A stretch of 64,000 nucleotides of DNA from Phycisphaerales bacterium (GTDB lineage: Bacteria; Planctomycetota; Phycisphaerae; Phycisphaerales; UBA1924), in the NCBI GenBank assembly GCA_965227775.1, contig OZ245777.1:1472001-1536000 (forward strand), given 5' to 3'. Under the pieces are notes generated by a model. That model made no database searches. It saw only the letters and a program-made list of their open reading frames with translations, and was not told the DNA's origin. The position numbers were made by a program, and so were the translations under genes. The stretch's first letter is position 1; every line of letters begins with the position of its first letter. This document shows, piece after piece, positions 1 through 11,995 of this stretch.

Positions 1-216
1 GCCAACTCGGGCGAGTACCCGCTGGCCCGCTTCCTGTACCTCTACGTGAACGCCGACCCGGTGAAGGGCATCGATGACCCGATCCGCGCCGAGTTCATCA
101 AGCTGATCTTCAGCAAGCAGGGCCAGGAAGTCGTCCTCAAGGACGGCTACTTCCCCGTGTCGGCCAACGTGGCTCGCGCGGATCTGAAGGCCTGCAAGCT
201 GAACCCCAACTTCTGA
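1..216 (+). CDS. pstS: Phosphate ABC transporter substrate-binding protein, C-terminal fragment (5' end outside window)
   Basis: Frame 1 reads ANSGEYPLARFLYLYVN...EFIKLIFSKQGQEVVLKDGYFPV...NF*, the typical PstS C-terminus (YPLxRxLYxYVN, GQxxVxxxGY); lies directly upstream of pstC/pstA/pstB. Confidence 0.9.
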   Translation, partial: ANSGEYPLARFLYLYVNADPVKGIDDPIRAEFIKLIFSKQGQEVVLKDGYFPVSANVARADLKACKLNPNF

Positions 217-301
217 TCGAAGATTGACCCGCACCGGTTGATCCAAGACCCCGATGCCCCAAGCCTTCGCCGGCTTGTGAGGTGTCTTTCATTTTCGAGT
301 C

Positions 302-340
302 CCGTCCGCTGAGACCGTCCGCTGAGACCGTCCGCCGAGC
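302..340 (+). repeat. 13-bp tandem repeat x3 (CCGTCCGCTGAGA, CCGTCCGCTGAGA, CCGTCCGCCGAGC)
   Basis: Directly visible; ends 5 nt before the pstC ATG. Confidence 0.9.
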
Positions 341-345
341 ACCCA

Positions 346-2949
346 ATGCCAGCGAACAAGAGCCCGAGCGCCAAACCCGCACGACCCGCCGGCAATCGGC
401 CGGTCCGCCGGCGCGTGGTGCTTATGGATCAGATTTCGGGCTACGTGATCCACACCGGTGGGGCTCTCGTGCTCGTCGCGGTGCTGGGCATCTGCGTGTA
501 TCTCGCGTACGTCGTCATCCCGCTCTTCTCGCGCGGCGAGATCGGCGAGCGACTCAGCAGCGATACACCCATGAAGGCCGGCATGCCAGTGCTCGACCCC
601 TACGGCCGGGGCGCGGCATTCGTCTCCAAGCAGGGCGGTATCCAACCCTTTGCGCTTGCGACAGGTGAGCCACTCGCTGAGCCGCTATCGATGTCGCCCG
701 GCCAGACGCCCACAGCGCTCTCGGTCGTGCGGAACGGTGAGCTCGTCGCCGCGGGCTACGCAGACGGCACCGTCCGGCTGGGCAGCATTACTTTTGACGA
801 GCGCATACTCGTGACCCAGCCGCCGAGCGAGGATCAGACCTTCTGGGCCGCCGACGGCGCGCTGTACGAGATGGTCACGCCCGAGCGCGCCCGACGCTCG
901 CAAGTCCAGATCGAACTGGGTGATCCGGTCGAGCTCAGCCAGGGTGAGGGTGGCGTCGCTCGTATCGACTACAACGTCGACCCCACGGGCCGGACGGTGC
1001 TGCTCGTCGCCCGCGAGGACGGCACAGTGCTCGTCAACACAGTGCGCACGATCCGCCCGCTCGGTGGCGGTCCACCTCGCACGCGACTGAGCTCGAGTTC
1101 GTTCGAGATCGACCCCGAGTCCTTCGAGCGATGGCTGTTCGTAACGTCCGACGCCGCCCACGCGCTGTGCGTCGGCGAAGACGGCGAGGTCCGCCGCTTC
1201 AGCCGCACCGACGACGGTTTCGAACTCGCCGAGACGCTGCAGGCCGTGAACGAAGGCCAGCAGGTTACCGCGGCCACCATGATCCTGGGCGGCCGGACGC
1301 TGCTGCTCGGTGACGATGCCGGCACGATCTATGCGTGGCACGTCGCGACGGGCGAGTTTGAGGGCGAGGCCGGCGTGCAGCGGCTCGTCAAGGCCCACGA
1401 GTTCTCAGGATCCGATTCGTCCATCGTCGACATCGCCCCAAGCCAGCGCGATCGTTCGATCGTTATCTTGGGTAGCAACGGCAAGGTCCGTGTTCGTCAT
1501 GTCACGAGCGAGAAGATCGTGACGGACTTCGAGACCGGGCTCGACAACCCCATCCACGCACGCCTCGCGCCGAAGAACGACGGCATCTTCGTGCTCGATG
1601 CATCCGGTCAGGGCGTGATGCGGGCCCTTGAGCCGGGCTACCCCGAGTTCAGCTTCAAGGCACTGTTCGGCAAGGTCCACTACGAGGGCCAGTACGATCC
1701 GCAGTACGTGTACCAGTCTTCGTCGGGCGACGACGCGGCGGAGATCAAGCTCAGCATCATGCCGCTCATCTTCGGCTCGCTGAAGGCAACCATCTTTGCG
1801 ATGCTGTTCGCCGTGCCTATGGGCGTACTGGCGGCAGTGTACACCAGCGAGTTCTTGAGCCCGAACGTGCGCAAGGTCGTGAAGCCCGGCGTCGAGATGA
1901 TGGCCTCGCTGCCGTCGGTCGTACTGGGTTTCATCGCGGCGATCGTGGTGGCGCCCTACGTGCGAGACGTGCTGCCCAGCGTGCTGGTTGGATTCGCAAC
2001 GGTGCCGATCGCCGTACTGCTCATGGCCCACCTGTGGCAGATGCTGCCGACCTACTGGCGAAAGCGCCTGAGCGCTTGGCAGCACATGGTGCTCGTGTTG
2101 GCCACGTGCGGCGTCGGTGCCCTGGTCGCCTTCGGCATCGGGCCCACCATGGAACGCATGCTGTTCGCCCCGCCCGAGGGCGTCGCGCAGGGCGTGCCGG
2201 TTGACATCCGCCGCTGGCTGTCCAGCGAGTACGGCGCGGCCTGGCCCGGCTGGTTCGTGGTGATGATGGGTCCGGTCGCCATCGTCCTGACCGTTTTGCA
2301 GTCGATGTTCCTCGGCAGGCGCCTCGATCGCGCGGTCGCGGGCAAGAGCGACCTGACGATCGCGAACATCATGCTCGCCCGGTTTTTCGGCATGCTCGGG
2401 CTCACGCTCGTGCTGGCACTCGGCGTCGCGCACCTGCTGCAAGCGCTCGGTTTTGACCCACGCGACAGCATCTTCGGCCCGTTCTCGCCGCGCAACACGC
2501 TGGTCGTCTCCATGATCATGGGCTTCGCGGTCATCCCGATCATCTACACGATCTCGGAAGACTCGCTGCAGGCCGTGCCCGACTCGCTCCGCACCGCATC
2601 GCTCGGTGCGGGCGCAACGCCGTGGCAGACGGCCGTGCGAATCGTCATCCCCGTCGCGGGCTCGGGCATCTTCTCGGCGTGCATGATCGGCTTCGGTCGA
2701 GCGGCGGGCGAGACCATGATCGTGCTCATGGCCACGGGCAACACGCCCGAGATGAGCTGGAACGTGTTCGGCGGCTTCCGCACGCTGTCGGCCAACATCG
2801 CCGTCGAGCTACCCGAGGCACCGATGGGAAGCACGCACTACCGCGTGTTGTTCCTGTGCGGCTTCGTCCTCTTCCTTATGACCTTCGCGGTGAACACCGC
2901 CGCCGAGGTCGTCCGCCAGATCGTGCGAGCAAGGACGGCCGGGCTATGA
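346..2949 (+). CDS. pstC: Phosphate ABC transporter permease PstC, long form with a periplasmic beta-propeller-like domain
   Basis: PLIFGSLKATIFAMLFAVP, EMMASLPSVVLGF, ISEDSLQAVPDSLRTASLGAGATPWQT (EAA loop), GRAAGETMIVLMATGN. Confidence 0.92.
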   Translation: MPANKSPSAKPARPAGNRPVRRRVVLMDQISGYVIHTGGALVLVAVLGICVYLAYVVIPLFSRGEIGERLSSDTPMKAGMPVLDPYGRGAAFVSKQGGIQPFALATGEPLAEPLSMSPGQTPTALSVVRNGELVAAGYADGTVRLGSITFDERILVTQPPSEDQTFWAADGALYEMVTPERARRSQVQIELGDPVELSQGEGGVARIDYNVDPTGRTVLLVAREDGTVLVNTVRTIRPLGGGPPRTRLSSSSFEIDPESFERWLFVTSDAAHALCVGEDGEVRRFSRTDDGFELAETLQAVNEGQQVTAATMILGGRTLLLGDDAGTIYAWHVATGEFEGEAGVQRLVKAHEFSGSDSSIVDIAPSQRDRSIVILGSNGKVRVRHVTSEKIVTDFETGLDNPIHARLAPKNDGIFVLDASGQGVMRALEPGYPEFSFKALFGKVHYEGQYDPQYVYQSSSGDDAAEIKLSIMPLIFGSLKATIFAMLFAVPMGVLAAVYTSEFLSPNVRKVVKPGVEMMASLPSVVLGFIAAIVVAPYVRDVLPSVLVGFATVPIAVLLMAHLWQMLPTYWRKRLSAWQHMVLVLATCGVGALVAFGIGPTMERMLFAPPEGVAQGVPVDIRRWLSSEYGAAWPGWFVVMMGPVAIVLTVLQSMFLGRRLDRAVAGKSDLTIANIMLARFFGMLGLTLVLALGVAHLLQALGFDPRDSIFGPFSPRNTLVVSMIMGFAVIPIIYTISEDSLQAVPDSLRTASLGAGATPWQTAVRIVIPVAGSGIFSACMIGFGRAAGETMIVLMATGNTPEMSWNVFGGFRTLSANIAVELPEAPMGSTHYRVLFLCGFVLFLMTFAVNTAAEVVRQIVRARTAGL

Positions 2950-5132
2950 GCGACGACCGCACGAACAACGCCGACCAGGCGCAGAACGCTGCCGGAGCCC
3001 CTGCCAAGCAGGCGCCCATCGGCAGGCGCTCGACGCCCCCGAGCGCGTTGGGCGAGCCCATGATCTGGCTCACCGGCGCCGCACTCGTCGTTTCGCTCAC
3101 CATGATTGTCGGCCTCGTGGCGATGATCGTGACGCAGGGCCTGACGACGTTCTGGCCGCGCCCAATCGAGCGCGTCACGCTCAACGACGGCACCGTGTTC
3201 CTGGGCGTTCCGACCGAATCCGAGTCCGACCCGCCCCAGACGCTCTACCGCACCGGCAATCGGGACATCGGCACCGAGCCCTTCCGCTGGGTGAGCGAAA
3301 GCGACATCGCCAGCCTCGATCGCCCGAAGCACGGGGTCATGCTCGAACGTGAGGCGTGGAGCGTGTGGATGGGTGTGCCCGAGAAGGCGATCGTCGTCGA
3401 CGAAGCCGGGCTGCCCAACGTTGTCGCCGAAGGCCCCGAGGCCGTCATGGCCTTCATCGAGGAGAACCACGGCGAGGCCCGCGCGCGATACAAAGAGATC
3501 GAGAGCCTCAAGAAGCACGGCCTGGGTGGCATCAACCAACGCATCGAGGCGCTCCGCCTCCGCGTGCGAGAAGCCGAAATCGACGCGGCTCGCACGGAGC
3601 GCCCCGCCGATTCGTTCGGCATCCCGCTTTTCGCTGGCGTGGTCGCGCTTGGTATCGGTGCCTTTGGGTTCGCGTGGTGGGTCGGCCGGGATCACAGCCC
3701 GAGCGATGCACCCAGGCTCGGCGGGCCGAGCAAGCCGGTACGCCTGGCGCGCATGGCGGCGGTGGCGCTCGGTGTGACGCTGTTGCTGGCTGCCTGGCTG
3801 CACGCGCCGTGGCAGAATCGCGTGATCACCGACGAGCGGCTCGAAGAGATCCGCGCCGCGGCCGCGGAGCGCGAGGCCGAACTCCAGATTCGCTATGACG
3901 ACGTGCTGGAGCGCATCGGCGCGCTCGAGGTGGAAGACGAACGCCTGCGACTTGAAGTCGTCGACCCGCGGACGGGCCGCTTTGCGCCCGCTCGACAGAT
4001 CGAGCCGGACAACCCAATGCGACTCTCGCAGATTGTTCGTGTTGTCGACGCGAACGACATGGATCTGGGTGACAAGGTGGGCGTCTTCCTCTCCCGATGG
4101 TGGGAGTTCCTAGCCCACCCGCCGCGCGAGGCGAATACAGAGGGCGGTGTGTTCCCGGTTATCGTGGGCACGGTCATGCTCACGCTGTTGCTGACCATCA
4201 CGGTGACGCCGCTCGGCGTGATCGCGGCGTTGTACCTCCGCGAATATGCACCCCAGGGTGTCGTGACCAGCACCATCCGCATTGCGGTGAATAATCTTGC
4301 CGGCGTCCCGAGCATTGTTTACGGCGTGTTCGGCTTGGGGTTCTTCTGCTACACCGTTGGCAAATATGTCGACGTCGGCAGCGATCCCTCGCTGCGCCTG
4401 CCCGCGCCGTGGTGGTGGGTGGTGCTCGGCAGCACGATGCTCGCGCTCGTTGCGGCCTACGCCTCGGGCGTGTGGTCCAAGCCCATCCCGGGTAAGGAAG
4501 AGTCGCCTCGCAACAAGGCGTTGAAGTGGGTCTCTCGAATCCTGTGGCTGTCGGTGTTCATCGCGGCCGCGGTGCTGGTGGTGCGCACGCCCTACTTCAC
4601 CGGGTTCTTCGAGGCACGTGCCGCAGACGGATCACCGACCTTTGGCGCACGTGGCATGCTGTGGGCCGCGCTCACGCTCGCGCTGCTGACGCTGCCGGTG
4701 GTGATCGTGTCGACCGAGGAGGCCATCGCCGCAGTGCCCAACTCGATGCGCGAGGGCAGCTACGGCTGCGGTGCCAGCAAATGGCAGACGATGCGGCGGA
4801 TCGTGCTGCCTGGGGCCATGCCCGGCATCCTCACCGGAGCCATCCTGGCGATGGCTCGCGGGGCGGGCGAGGTGGCTCCCTTGATGCTCGTGGGCGCGGT
4901 GAAGCTCAACGAAGACCTGCCCATCAGTACCAACGCCCCCTTCCTCCATCTCGATCGCAGCTTCATGCACCTCGGCTTCCACATCTATGACCTGGGCTTC
5001 CAGAGCCCGGACAGCCAGGCCGCCCGGCCGCTGGTGTGGACCACCACGCTGTTGCTGCTGGTTATCGTCGTCAGCCTGAACCTTGTCGCCATCATCATCC
5101 GGGCTCGCCTGCGGGCCCGCCTGAGCGCTTGA
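2946..5132 (+). CDS. pstA: Phosphate ABC transporter permease PstA, long form
   Basis: [72 protein letters not shown] at 2946 overlaps the pstC stop (ATGA). Confidence 0.92.
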   Translation: MSDDRTNNADQAQNAAGAPAKQAPIGRRSTPPSALGEPMIWLTGAALVVSLTMIVGLVAMIVTQGLTTFWPRPIERVTLNDGTVFLGVPTESESDPPQTLYRTGNRDIGTEPFRWVSESDIASLDRPKHGVMLEREAWSVWMGVPEKAIVVDEAGLPNVVAEGPEAVMAFIEENHGEARARYKEIESLKKHGLGGINQRIEALRLRVREAEIDAARTERPADSFGIPLFAGVVALGIGAFGFAWWVGRDHSPSDAPRLGGPSKPVRLARMAAVALGVTLLLAAWLHAPWQNRVITDERLEEIRAAAAEREAELQIRYDDVLERIGALEVEDERLRLEVVDPRTGRFAPARQIEPDNPMRLSQIVRVVDANDMDLGDKVGVFLSRWWEFLAHPPREANTEGGVFPVIVGTVMLTLLLTITVTPLGVIAALYLREYAPQGVVTSTIRIAVNNLAGVPSIVYGVFGLGFFCYTVGKYVDVGSDPSLRLPAPWWWVVLGSTMLALVAAYASGVWSKPIPGKEESPRNKALKWVSRILWLSVFIAAAVLVVRTPYFTGFFEARAADGSPTFGARGMLWAALTLALLTLPVVIVSTEEAIAAVPNSMREGSYGCGASKWQTMRRIVLPGAMPGILTGAILAMARGAGEVAPLMLVGAVKLNEDLPISTNAPFLHLDRSFMHLGFHIYDLGFQSPDSQAARPLVWTTTLLLLVIVVSLNLVAIIIRARLRARLSA

Positions 5133-5143
5133 ACGGTGGAACC

Positions 5144-6094
5144 ATGTCCTACGCTAATGCTTCGATGACCAGCCCGGCCGACGATCCCAAGCAGAAGTCC
5201 CCCGCGAGGGGCGAGGGCATGCCGTCCATGGCCGACAAGGACCAGTTCCAGCCCGAGTCGTCGGGCGTGTACCGCGTGATCGAGGCCATCCGCCGCGGCG
5301 AGTCGGTCGATCCGGCGCTCCACCCGGAAATGGACGGGATGGAAGGCGTCATCGACATCGACACCTTCAATCTGTATTACGGGCCGTCACGGGCGCTCTT
5401 TGACATCTCGATGACCATTCCAAAGGGCAACGTCACCGCCCTCATCGGTCCCTCTGGCTGCGGTAAGAGCACGCTGCTCCGCTCGATCAACCGGATGAAC
5501 GACCTGATCGCCGGGGTGCGGGTCGAGGGCGAGATGAGCCTGAGCGGCTCGCCCATCTATGCCCCGCACGTGGACGTGATCGGCCTGCGCAAGCGCCTGG
5601 GCATGGTGTTCCAGAAGCCCAACCCCTTCCCCATGTCGATCTACGAGAACGTGGTCTACCCGCTGCGCATCGACGGTGAGAACCGCCGCAGCGTGCTCGA
5701 CGAGGCCTGCGAGCGGGCATTGCGCTCTGCCGCCATCTGGGACGAGGCCAAGGACCGCCTTAAGCAGAGCGCCCTGGGCCTCTCGGGCGGCCAGCAGCAG
5801 CGTCTGTGCATCGCCCGCGCCGTGGTCGCCGACCCCGAGGTGCTGCTGCTCGATGAGCCGTGCTCGGCCCTCGACCCCATCGCCACACTGCGCATCGAGG
5901 AACTCATCCAGGAGATCGCCGAGCGGTACACGGTGCTCATCGTGACCCACAACATGCAGCAGGCCATGCGTGTGAGCGACTACACGGCCTTCATGTACCT
6001 CGGCCGCCTCGTGGAGTACGGCCCGACCAGCGGCATCTTCCGCCGCCCGATTCTCACTGAGACCGAGGAGTATGTCACCGGCCGCTTCGGCTGA
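5144..6094 (+). CDS. pstB: Phosphate ABC transporter ATP-binding protein
   Basis: Walker [62 protein letters not shown] end; start codon uncertain. Confidence 0.95.
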   Translation: MSYANASMTSPADDPKQKSPARGEGMPSMADKDQFQPESSGVYRVIEAIRRGESVDPALHPEMDGMEGVIDIDTFNLYYGPSRALFDISMTIPKGNVTALIGPSGCGKSTLLRSINRMNDLIAGVRVEGEMSLSGSPIYAPHVDVIGLRKRLGMVFQKPNPFPMSIYENVVYPLRIDGENRRSVLDEACERALRSAAIWDEAKDRLKQSALGLSGGQQQRLCIARAVVADPEVLLLDEPCSALDPIATLRIEELIQEIAERYTVLIVTHNMQQAMRVSDYTAFMYLGRLVEYGPTSGIFRRPILTETEEYVTGRFG

Positions 6095-6280
6095 GCCGGC
6101 GTCTCGGTGGCTTGGGCATAAACCCGCGCTTGGGTTGTTGAACGGGCCCCAGAAGGTCCAAAGAACGAACCCGCGCGGGCCGATTGGATAGACTTAGATG
6201 ATTAGGTCCGGGGCGCGGCCTCGCGTCGTTTTGCGCGGGGTGGGGGCCCCGGAGAAGACTGGACTTCGAGGGTATTCCCT

Positions 6281-9193
6281 ATGTCCGACGGACCCCGTGC
6301 CGTGCCCGCCTCGGTCAATGGCTGGAACGCCCAGTTCCTTGATCAGGCCTACGCGAGCTATCTCGAGAACCCCGAGTCTGTCGCCCCAGACGTGCGAGCG
6401 TTCTTCCAGGGATTCGAATTGGGCGGCGGCAGCGGAGCGCCCACCGAAGGCGGCGGTGCGGGCGAAGGTGACATCGGCTTCCACGCGAAGGTCGATGACC
6501 TCGTGTTTGCCTACCGCGACATGGGCCACCTGGCGGCCAAACTCGACCCCTTCGGGCGGTCGAGCGACCCCGTGGCCTGCCTCGATTTGGCCGAGCATGG
6601 GCTGAGCGAGCGTGATCTGTCGCGCCCGATCAACGCGGACCGGCTGGGCATGGAGGGCCCGCTCACGCTGGGCGAGGCCATTGAGCGGCTCGAGAAGACC
6701 TACTGCTCGTCGATCGGCGCCGAGATCATGCACGTGCCCAGCCGGGCGGAGCGGGCGTGGCTTATCGAGCGGTGCGAGCGTCACGGCGGGTCGATCGCGT
6801 TCGATGCGGGCCGGCGCGTGCACATCCTGCGCCAACTCTTGCAGAGCGAGATGTTCGAGAAATTCCTGGGCCGGCGCTACCCGGGCGACAAGCGTTTCAG
6901 TCTCGAGGGCAGCGAGACGCTCATCCCGCTGGTCAACGGCGTGCTGGAGCACTACAGCGAGCACTCTGTCGAAGAAGTCGTCATTGGCATGGCCCACCGC
7001 GGCCGGCTGAACGTGCTCAACAACGTTCTGGGCAAGAGCTACGAGCAGATCTTCACCGAATTCGAGGACACCTGGGAAGAGGACTACACCCAGGGTGGCG
7101 GGGACGTGAAGTACCACCGCGGCTACTCGAGCGAGCGGCGCTTCCCCAACGGTCGCGCGCTGCATGTGGCGCTCAGCAGCAACCCGAGCCACCTCGAGGC
7201 CGTGGGCCCGGTGGTGCAGGGCCGCACGCGCGCCAAGCAGCGTCACCGCGGCGACAAGGACCGCACCCGCGTGGCGCCCGTCGTCATCCACGGTGATGCG
7301 GCGGTCATCGGCCAGGGCGTCGTTGCCGAGACGCTGAACTTCTCTCAGCTCGAGGGCTACGCCACGGGTGGGACGATCCACGTCGTGGTGAACAACCTCA
7401 TCGGCTTCACGACCTCGCCGCGCGACGGACGATCGAGCCTGTACTGCACCGACGTGGGCAAGATCGTGGGTGCCCCAGTATTGCACGTGAATGGTGAAGA
7501 TCCGGATGCCTGCGTGATGGCGGCCCTGCTTGCCGTCGAGTATCGCCAGGCATTCAAGAAGGACATCTTCATCGACATGCACTGTTACCGCCGCTTCGGC
7601 CACAACGAGCAGGACGAGGCCAGCTTTACGCAGCCGGTGCTCTACGGCTTGATTAAGAAGAAGAAGAGCGTGCTGAGCGGGTACGCGGAGCGTTTGCTGT
7701 CCGAGGGCGTCATCACCGATGACGACATGGAGCAGATCCGCAAGCAGCTCGACGCATCGCTTGAGCAGGCGCAGGAGGCGGCCAAGCAGTCGCCCTACGA
7801 CCCGACGATCGACCCCGGTAGTGCGCGTTGGGTGGGCATGACCCACAAGTACAGCTTCGAGGACAAGTCGACGGCGGTGGCCCTGGACACACTTCGCGAG
7901 GTGTGCGACGCGCTTGGCTCGGTTCCCGAGGAATTTCAGGTGCACCGCAAGCTGAAGAAGCTGCTCGCCGATCGCAAGTCGTTGCCCGAGAACGGCGACA
8001 TCAGCTACGCTGATGCCGAGAGCTTGGCGTATGGCACGCTGCTGCTCGAGGGCGTGCCCGTACGCCTGAGCGGGCAGGACAGCCGGCGCGGCACGTTCAG
8101 CCACCGCCATGCGGTGCTGGTCGATAGCGAGAGCGCCGAGAGCTATGTGCCGCTCAACCACATCCGCGCCGTGGGTGAGCCGGGTACCGGCCTCGAGCCA
8201 CTGCAGCCCGGCCCCGACGGCAGGTTGGCCCAAGCGAAGTTCTGCGTGTACGACAGCCCGCTGAGCGAATTCAGCGTGATGGGCTTCGAGTACGGCTATG
8301 CGCTGAGCGACCCCAACATGCTCGTCGTGTGGGAAGCTCAGTTCGGCGACTTCGTCAATGGCGCGCAGGTCATCATCGATCAGTTCCTCACCAGCGCCGA
8401 GCTGAAGTGGGATCGCTGGTCGGGCCTGGTGATGCTGCTGCCGCATGGCTATGAGGGCCAGGGCCCCGAGCACTCGTCGGCGAGGCTCGAGCGATTCCTC
8501 AAGGCGTGCGCCGATGACAACATTGAGGTGTGCTACCCGACGACCGCGGCGCAGACGTTCCACATGCTGCGGCGACAGGTCCGCCGGCCGTACCGCAAGC
8601 CGCTCGTCGTGATGACGCCCAAGAGCCTTATCCGCACGGCGACGAGCAAGATCGAAGAGCTCACGCGCGGCAAGTTCATGGAGATCTTGGAGGACCCGCG
8701 ATTCAGCGGCGATGCCGCAAGTGACAACGGCAAGAAGGCTGCCAAGCCAGATCCCCAGAAGGTCCGTGATGTGATCTTGTGCAGCGGCAAGATCTACTGG
8801 GAACTCGCCGAGCGCCGCGACGCGATCGGGCGCGAGGATGTCGCGATCGTGCGCGTCGAGCAGCTCTACCCGCTTCACAACGACCTGCTTCGCGGCATCC
8901 TGGAGCGGTACGCGAAGTCCGAGCGCGTGATGTGGGTGCAGGAAGAGCCGCGGAACATGGGCGCGTACCAGTTCATTGCCGACAAGATGCGGCAGAACAT
9001 GCCCGATCTGTTGCCCGAGGGCGACCTGGGGTACATCGGCCGCAACGCGAGCGCCAGCCCGGCGACGGGTAGCAAGCGGCGGCACAAGGCCGAGCAGGAG
9101 CAGCTCATTTCCGAGGCCATCGGCCCGCTGGACAAGGACGACGAGAAGCAGCCGAGCACGTCGGGGCCCAAGCTGGTCCGCGTGTCGGCCTAG
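6281..9193 (+). CDS. sucA: 2-oxoglutarate dehydrogenase E1 component
   Basis: [85 protein letters not shown]. Confidence 0.97.
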   Translation: MSDGPRAVPASVNGWNAQFLDQAYASYLENPESVAPDVRAFFQGFELGGGSGAPTEGGGAGEGDIGFHAKVDDLVFAYRDMGHLAAKLDPFGRSSDPVACLDLAEHGLSERDLSRPINADRLGMEGPLTLGEAIERLEKTYCSSIGAEIMHVPSRAERAWLIERCERHGGSIAFDAGRRVHILRQLLQSEMFEKFLGRRYPGDKRFSLEGSETLIPLVNGVLEHYSEHSVEEVVIGMAHRGRLNVLNNVLGKSYEQIFTEFEDTWEEDYTQGGGDVKYHRGYSSERRFPNGRALHVALSSNPSHLEAVGPVVQGRTRAKQRHRGDKDRTRVAPVVIHGDAAVIGQGVVAETLNFSQLEGYATGGTIHVVVNNLIGFTTSPRDGRSSLYCTDVGKIVGAPVLHVNGEDPDACVMAALLAVEYRQAFKKDIFIDMHCYRRFGHNEQDEASFTQPVLYGLIKKKKSVLSGYAERLLSEGVITDDDMEQIRKQLDASLEQAQEAAKQSPYDPTIDPGSARWVGMTHKYSFEDKSTAVALDTLREVCDALGSVPEEFQVHRKLKKLLADRKSLPENGDISYADAESLAYGTLLLEGVPVRLSGQDSRRGTFSHRHAVLVDSESAESYVPLNHIRAVGEPGTGLEPLQPGPDGRLAQAKFCVYDSPLSEFSVMGFEYGYALSDPNMLVVWEAQFGDFVNGAQVIIDQFLTSAELKWDRWSGLVMLLPHGYEGQGPEHSSARLERFLKACADDNIEVCYPTTAAQTFHMLRRQVRRPYRKPLVVMTPKSLIRTATSKIEELTRGKFMEILEDPRFSGDAASDNGKKAAKPDPQKVRDVILCSGKIYWELAERRDAIGREDVAIVRVEQLYPLHNDLLRGILERYAKSERVMWVQEEPRNMGAYQFIADKMRQNMPDLLPEGDLGYIGRNASASPATGSKRRHKAEQEQLISEAIGPLDKDDEKQPSTSGPKLVRVSA

Positions 9194-9236
9194 CCTCTTT
9201 CCGATACGACCCGGGAGGGTCGCAGGAGCGCCACAG

Positions 9237-10571
9237 ATGGCAACCAAGATCGTGATTCCGGAGGTCGGAGAGTCTATCACCAGCGGTGTGATCGCCGCGT
9301 GGAGCGTTGCCGACGGCGAGTATGTCGAGCGCGACCAGACCGTGCTCGAACTCGAGACCGACAAGATCACGATGGAGGTGCCCGCGCCGGCGGCCGGTGT
9401 CATCAAGCATGGTGCCGCCGAGGGCGACGAGGTCGAGGTTGGCGCTTCGGTGGGCGAGATCGACGAGTCGGCCGAGAAGCCCAGCGGCGGTTCGGGTGAG
9501 AAGCAGGCTGAGAAGGCCGCATCGCAGCCCGACGCAAAAGCGGAAAAGCAGCAGGCGTCGGGTGGATCCGACAAGGCCGGCAGCGCCGCGACCGCAACCA
9601 CGACCGAGCAGAAGCCCGCCGAGACCGATCGTGTGCCGCAGGCTCGTGTCGACCGCGCCCAACCCGGCTTCGCGACGCCGCTGGCCGAGAAGGTCGCCGG
9701 AGATCACGGGGTGGATCTCGGTTCGGTGAAGGGCACCGGTGCGGGCGGCCGCATCCGCGAGCAGGACGTGCTTGCGTACATCCAGTCGGGGCCGCACAGC
9801 AACGGCGCGACCAGCAACGGTTCTTCGAATGGTGCAGCGACCAGCAGCCGCGGCGTGCACCGCGACAAGATGACGCCGCTGCGCCAGCGTGTGGCCAACC
9901 GATTGGTCGAGGCCCAGCACACCGCGGCAATGCTCACGACCTTCAACGAGGTCGACATGACCGCCGTCATGGATCTGCGAAAGCAGTACAAGGCAGATTT
10001 CGAGAAGAAGCACGGCGTGGGCCTTGGCTTCATGTCGTTCTTCGTGAAGGCCGTGGTGCAGGGCCTGAAGGCCTTCCCGCTTGTGAATGGGTTCATCGCC
10101 GAGGACGACAGCGGCAAACCCGTGATCCAGACGCACGACTACTGCGATGTTGCGATCGCCGTCGCGAGCCCGAAGGGGTTGGTCGTGCCGGTGCTACGCA
10201 ACGCCGAGCAGCTGTCGTTCGCACAGATCGAGAGCGGCATCAAGGAACTCGCCGTCAAGGCTCGCGATGGCAAGCTGACGATTGACGAGATGACCGGCGG
10301 CACGTTTACCATCACCAATGGTGGTGTCTTCGGCAGCTTGATGAGCACGCCAATCTTGAATCCGCCGCAATCGGCGATCCTCGGCATGCACACGATCAAG
10401 AAGCGTGCGGTTGAGGATCCAAGCAACCCGGGCAGCATCGCGCTGCGGCCCATGATGTACCTGGCGGTCAGCTACGACCACCGCATCATCGACGGGGCCG
10501 AGGCCGTGCAGTTCCTTGTGACGATCAAGAACTGCATCGAGAATCCCGAGCGGATCCTGATGGACGTGTGA
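9237..10571 (+). CDS. sucB: Dihydrolipoyllysine-residue succinyltransferase (E2 of 2-oxoglutarate dehydrogenase)
   Basis: Lipoyl domain [10 protein letters not shown]3-binding [24 protein letters not shown], catalytic DHRIIDG; GGAG SD before ATG 9237. Confidence 0.96.
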   Translation: MATKIVIPEVGESITSGVIAAWSVADGEYVERDQTVLELETDKITMEVPAPAAGVIKHGAAEGDEVEVGASVGEIDESAEKPSGGSGEKQAEKAASQPDAKAEKQQASGGSDKAGSAATATTTEQKPAETDRVPQARVDRAQPGFATPLAEKVAGDHGVDLGSVKGTGAGGRIREQDVLAYIQSGPHSNGATSNGSSNGAATSSRGVHRDKMTPLRQRVANRLVEAQHTAAMLTTFNEVDMTAVMDLRKQYKADFEKKHGVGLGFMSFFVKAVVQGLKAFPLVNGFIAEDDSGKPVIQTHDYCDVAIAVASPKGLVVPVLRNAEQLSFAQIESGIKELAVKARDGKLTIDEMTGGTFTITNGGVFGSLMSTPILNPPQSAILGMHTIKKRAVEDPSNPGSIALRPMMYLAVSYDHRIIDGAEAVQFLVTIKNCIENPERILMDV

Positions 10572-10635
10572 GGACGCGCAGCCAGGTACGAGCAAGGCCC
10601 GGGTGGACTCCCGGGCTGCTATTGATTGATTCTGA

Positions 10636-11142
10636 TCAAATCTGCGCGATTGAGTGCGCCAACCACAGAAGAAGCGCGGCCTGGAATCCCGCCATCAGGT
10701 CATCGAGCACCACGCCCCAGCCGCCCGGCACGGCTTGCAACCGATTGGCCGGCCAGGGCTTGACGATATCCAACGCTCGGAAGTAGATGAACGCTAGTAG
10801 TAGCGTGCCCACGCTCAGGAGGTCGTTGCCCGGGACGGGCATGAGCGCGATGCACAACGCCATGCCGGCGACCTCGTCGGAGACAACTTGGCTTGGGTCC
10901 TTACGGCCGAAGCGGGCTTCGGCCTTGTCTCCCAAGAAGACGCAGGAGAGGGTGAACGCAACCGCGATCGGAAGCATTACCAGGCGGACGGCCATCCAGT
11001 GGGCCTCGGCGGGAAGTGCCAGCACGAGCAGGATCGCGAGCAGAACCGGAGGTAGCGAGCCCCACGTTCCGGGGAAAGGCCGCATGTGGCCGAGACCAAA
11101 GAACGTGACCCATCGCAGGTTGCCGTCGGGTTTGGTGATCAC
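10636..11142 (-). CDS. pgpA: Phosphatidylglycerophosphatase A
   Basis: FGLGHMRPFPGTWGSL, KDPSQVVSDEVAG, FRALDIVKPWP, GGWGVVLDDLMAG; GTG start overlaps the pgsA stop (GTGA). Confidence 0.92.
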   Translation of the reverse strand: MITKPDGNLRWVTFFGLGHMRPFPGTWGSLPPVLLAILLVLALPAEAHWMAVRLVMLPIAVAFTLSCVFLGDKAEARFGRKDPSQVVSDEVAGMALCIALMPVPGNDLLSVGTLLLAFIYFRALDIVKPWPANRLQAVPGGWGVVLDDLMAGFQAALLLWLAHSIAQI

Positions 11143-11792
11143 GGGTGTTCCTGTATCGGTTTGGCCGGGCCGGCTCGAAGGGCTCGCTGGACGTAGGGGA
11201 CTGCCGAGGCCGCGGTGACGAGGGTAGTGCCCCATGCGGCGAGCGTGGCGGTCCAGCCGGCCCAATCTGGTCGTTCGCTCGCCCAAAGCCCCGCTATGAG
11301 CAGGCAGACCGGGATGGCGATGCTCTGGGCGATCATCTTGGCCTTGCCCGAGGTTGAGGCCGAGAAGTCGATCCCACGGGCCTCGAACACGCCCCTGATC
11401 GACGTGACCAGCAGCTCGCGGCCCAGGATGACCACCGCCATCCAGCCCGTGAAGCCGGCGGCCATCGTGGCGACCCCGTCGATCGTGATTCTGAACTGCG
11501 GCGTTGCCAGCATGATGGCGGTGCCCAGGACGAGCAGCTTGTCGGCGAAGGGGTCCATGATGCGCCCGAAGACGCTGATGGCCTGCCACTTGCGCGCGAG
11601 GTAGCCGTCGAGGGCGTCGGTGATGGCCGCCACGACAAACAGCGCGAGGGCTGCGAGGATCGCTGGCTGCGGGCCGGTCCTGCCGTCGAGCGGCGGCAGC
11701 AGCGCAAGCAGGGCCACGAGCGCCGCGGCCATCACGAGCCGGGCGATGGTCAGGGCGTTGGGGACCTGTCGTTTCCACGGGGCGGCCGACAC
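11139..11792 (-). CDS. pgsA: CDP-diacylglycerol--glycerol-3-phosphate 3-phosphatidyltransferase
   Basis: PNALTIARL, CDP-alcohol motif TDALDGYLARKW....FGRIMDPFADK, RELLVTSIR, GKAKM; coupled to pgpA. Confidence 0.9.
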   Translation of the reverse strand: MSAAPWKRQVPNALTIARLVMAAALVALLALLPPLDGRTGPQPAILAALALFVVAAITDALDGYLARKWQAISVFGRIMDPFADKLLVLGTAIMLATPQFRITIDGVATMAAGFTGWMAVVILGRELLVTSIRGVFEARGIDFSASTSGKAKMIAQSIAIPVCLLIAGLWASERPDWAGWTATLAAWGTTLVTAASAVPYVQRALRAGPAKPIQEHP

Positions 11793-11995
11793 GAGGCGAG
11801 CATAGGGCGATGGGGAAGGCCCCCGAATGGGCGTCTCGGCCGCGCTGCACCGGCGTTTCCGGTGGAAGGTCGGTGGGCGTGGATCTACTGTGAGCCCTTA
11901 CTTACGGGTCGGGATGATGGCACGCAAGGACGTGTCCCCGGCCCTGCCCGGCAACAAGAGCCGCATGCGGCTCGGGATGACTCGTCGCTCTGCCT

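Noticed and set aside
2622..2945. Extended N-termini from the ORF track (pstA 2622, sucB 8976, tkt 42812, pgpA 11850)
   Set aside because: They overlap upstream genes or lack homologous character; downstream starts with SD or coupled stop/start fit better.
6194..9601. 1135-aa minus-strand ORF
   Set aside because: Antisense shadow of sucA/sucB caused by high GC3; no recognisable motifs.
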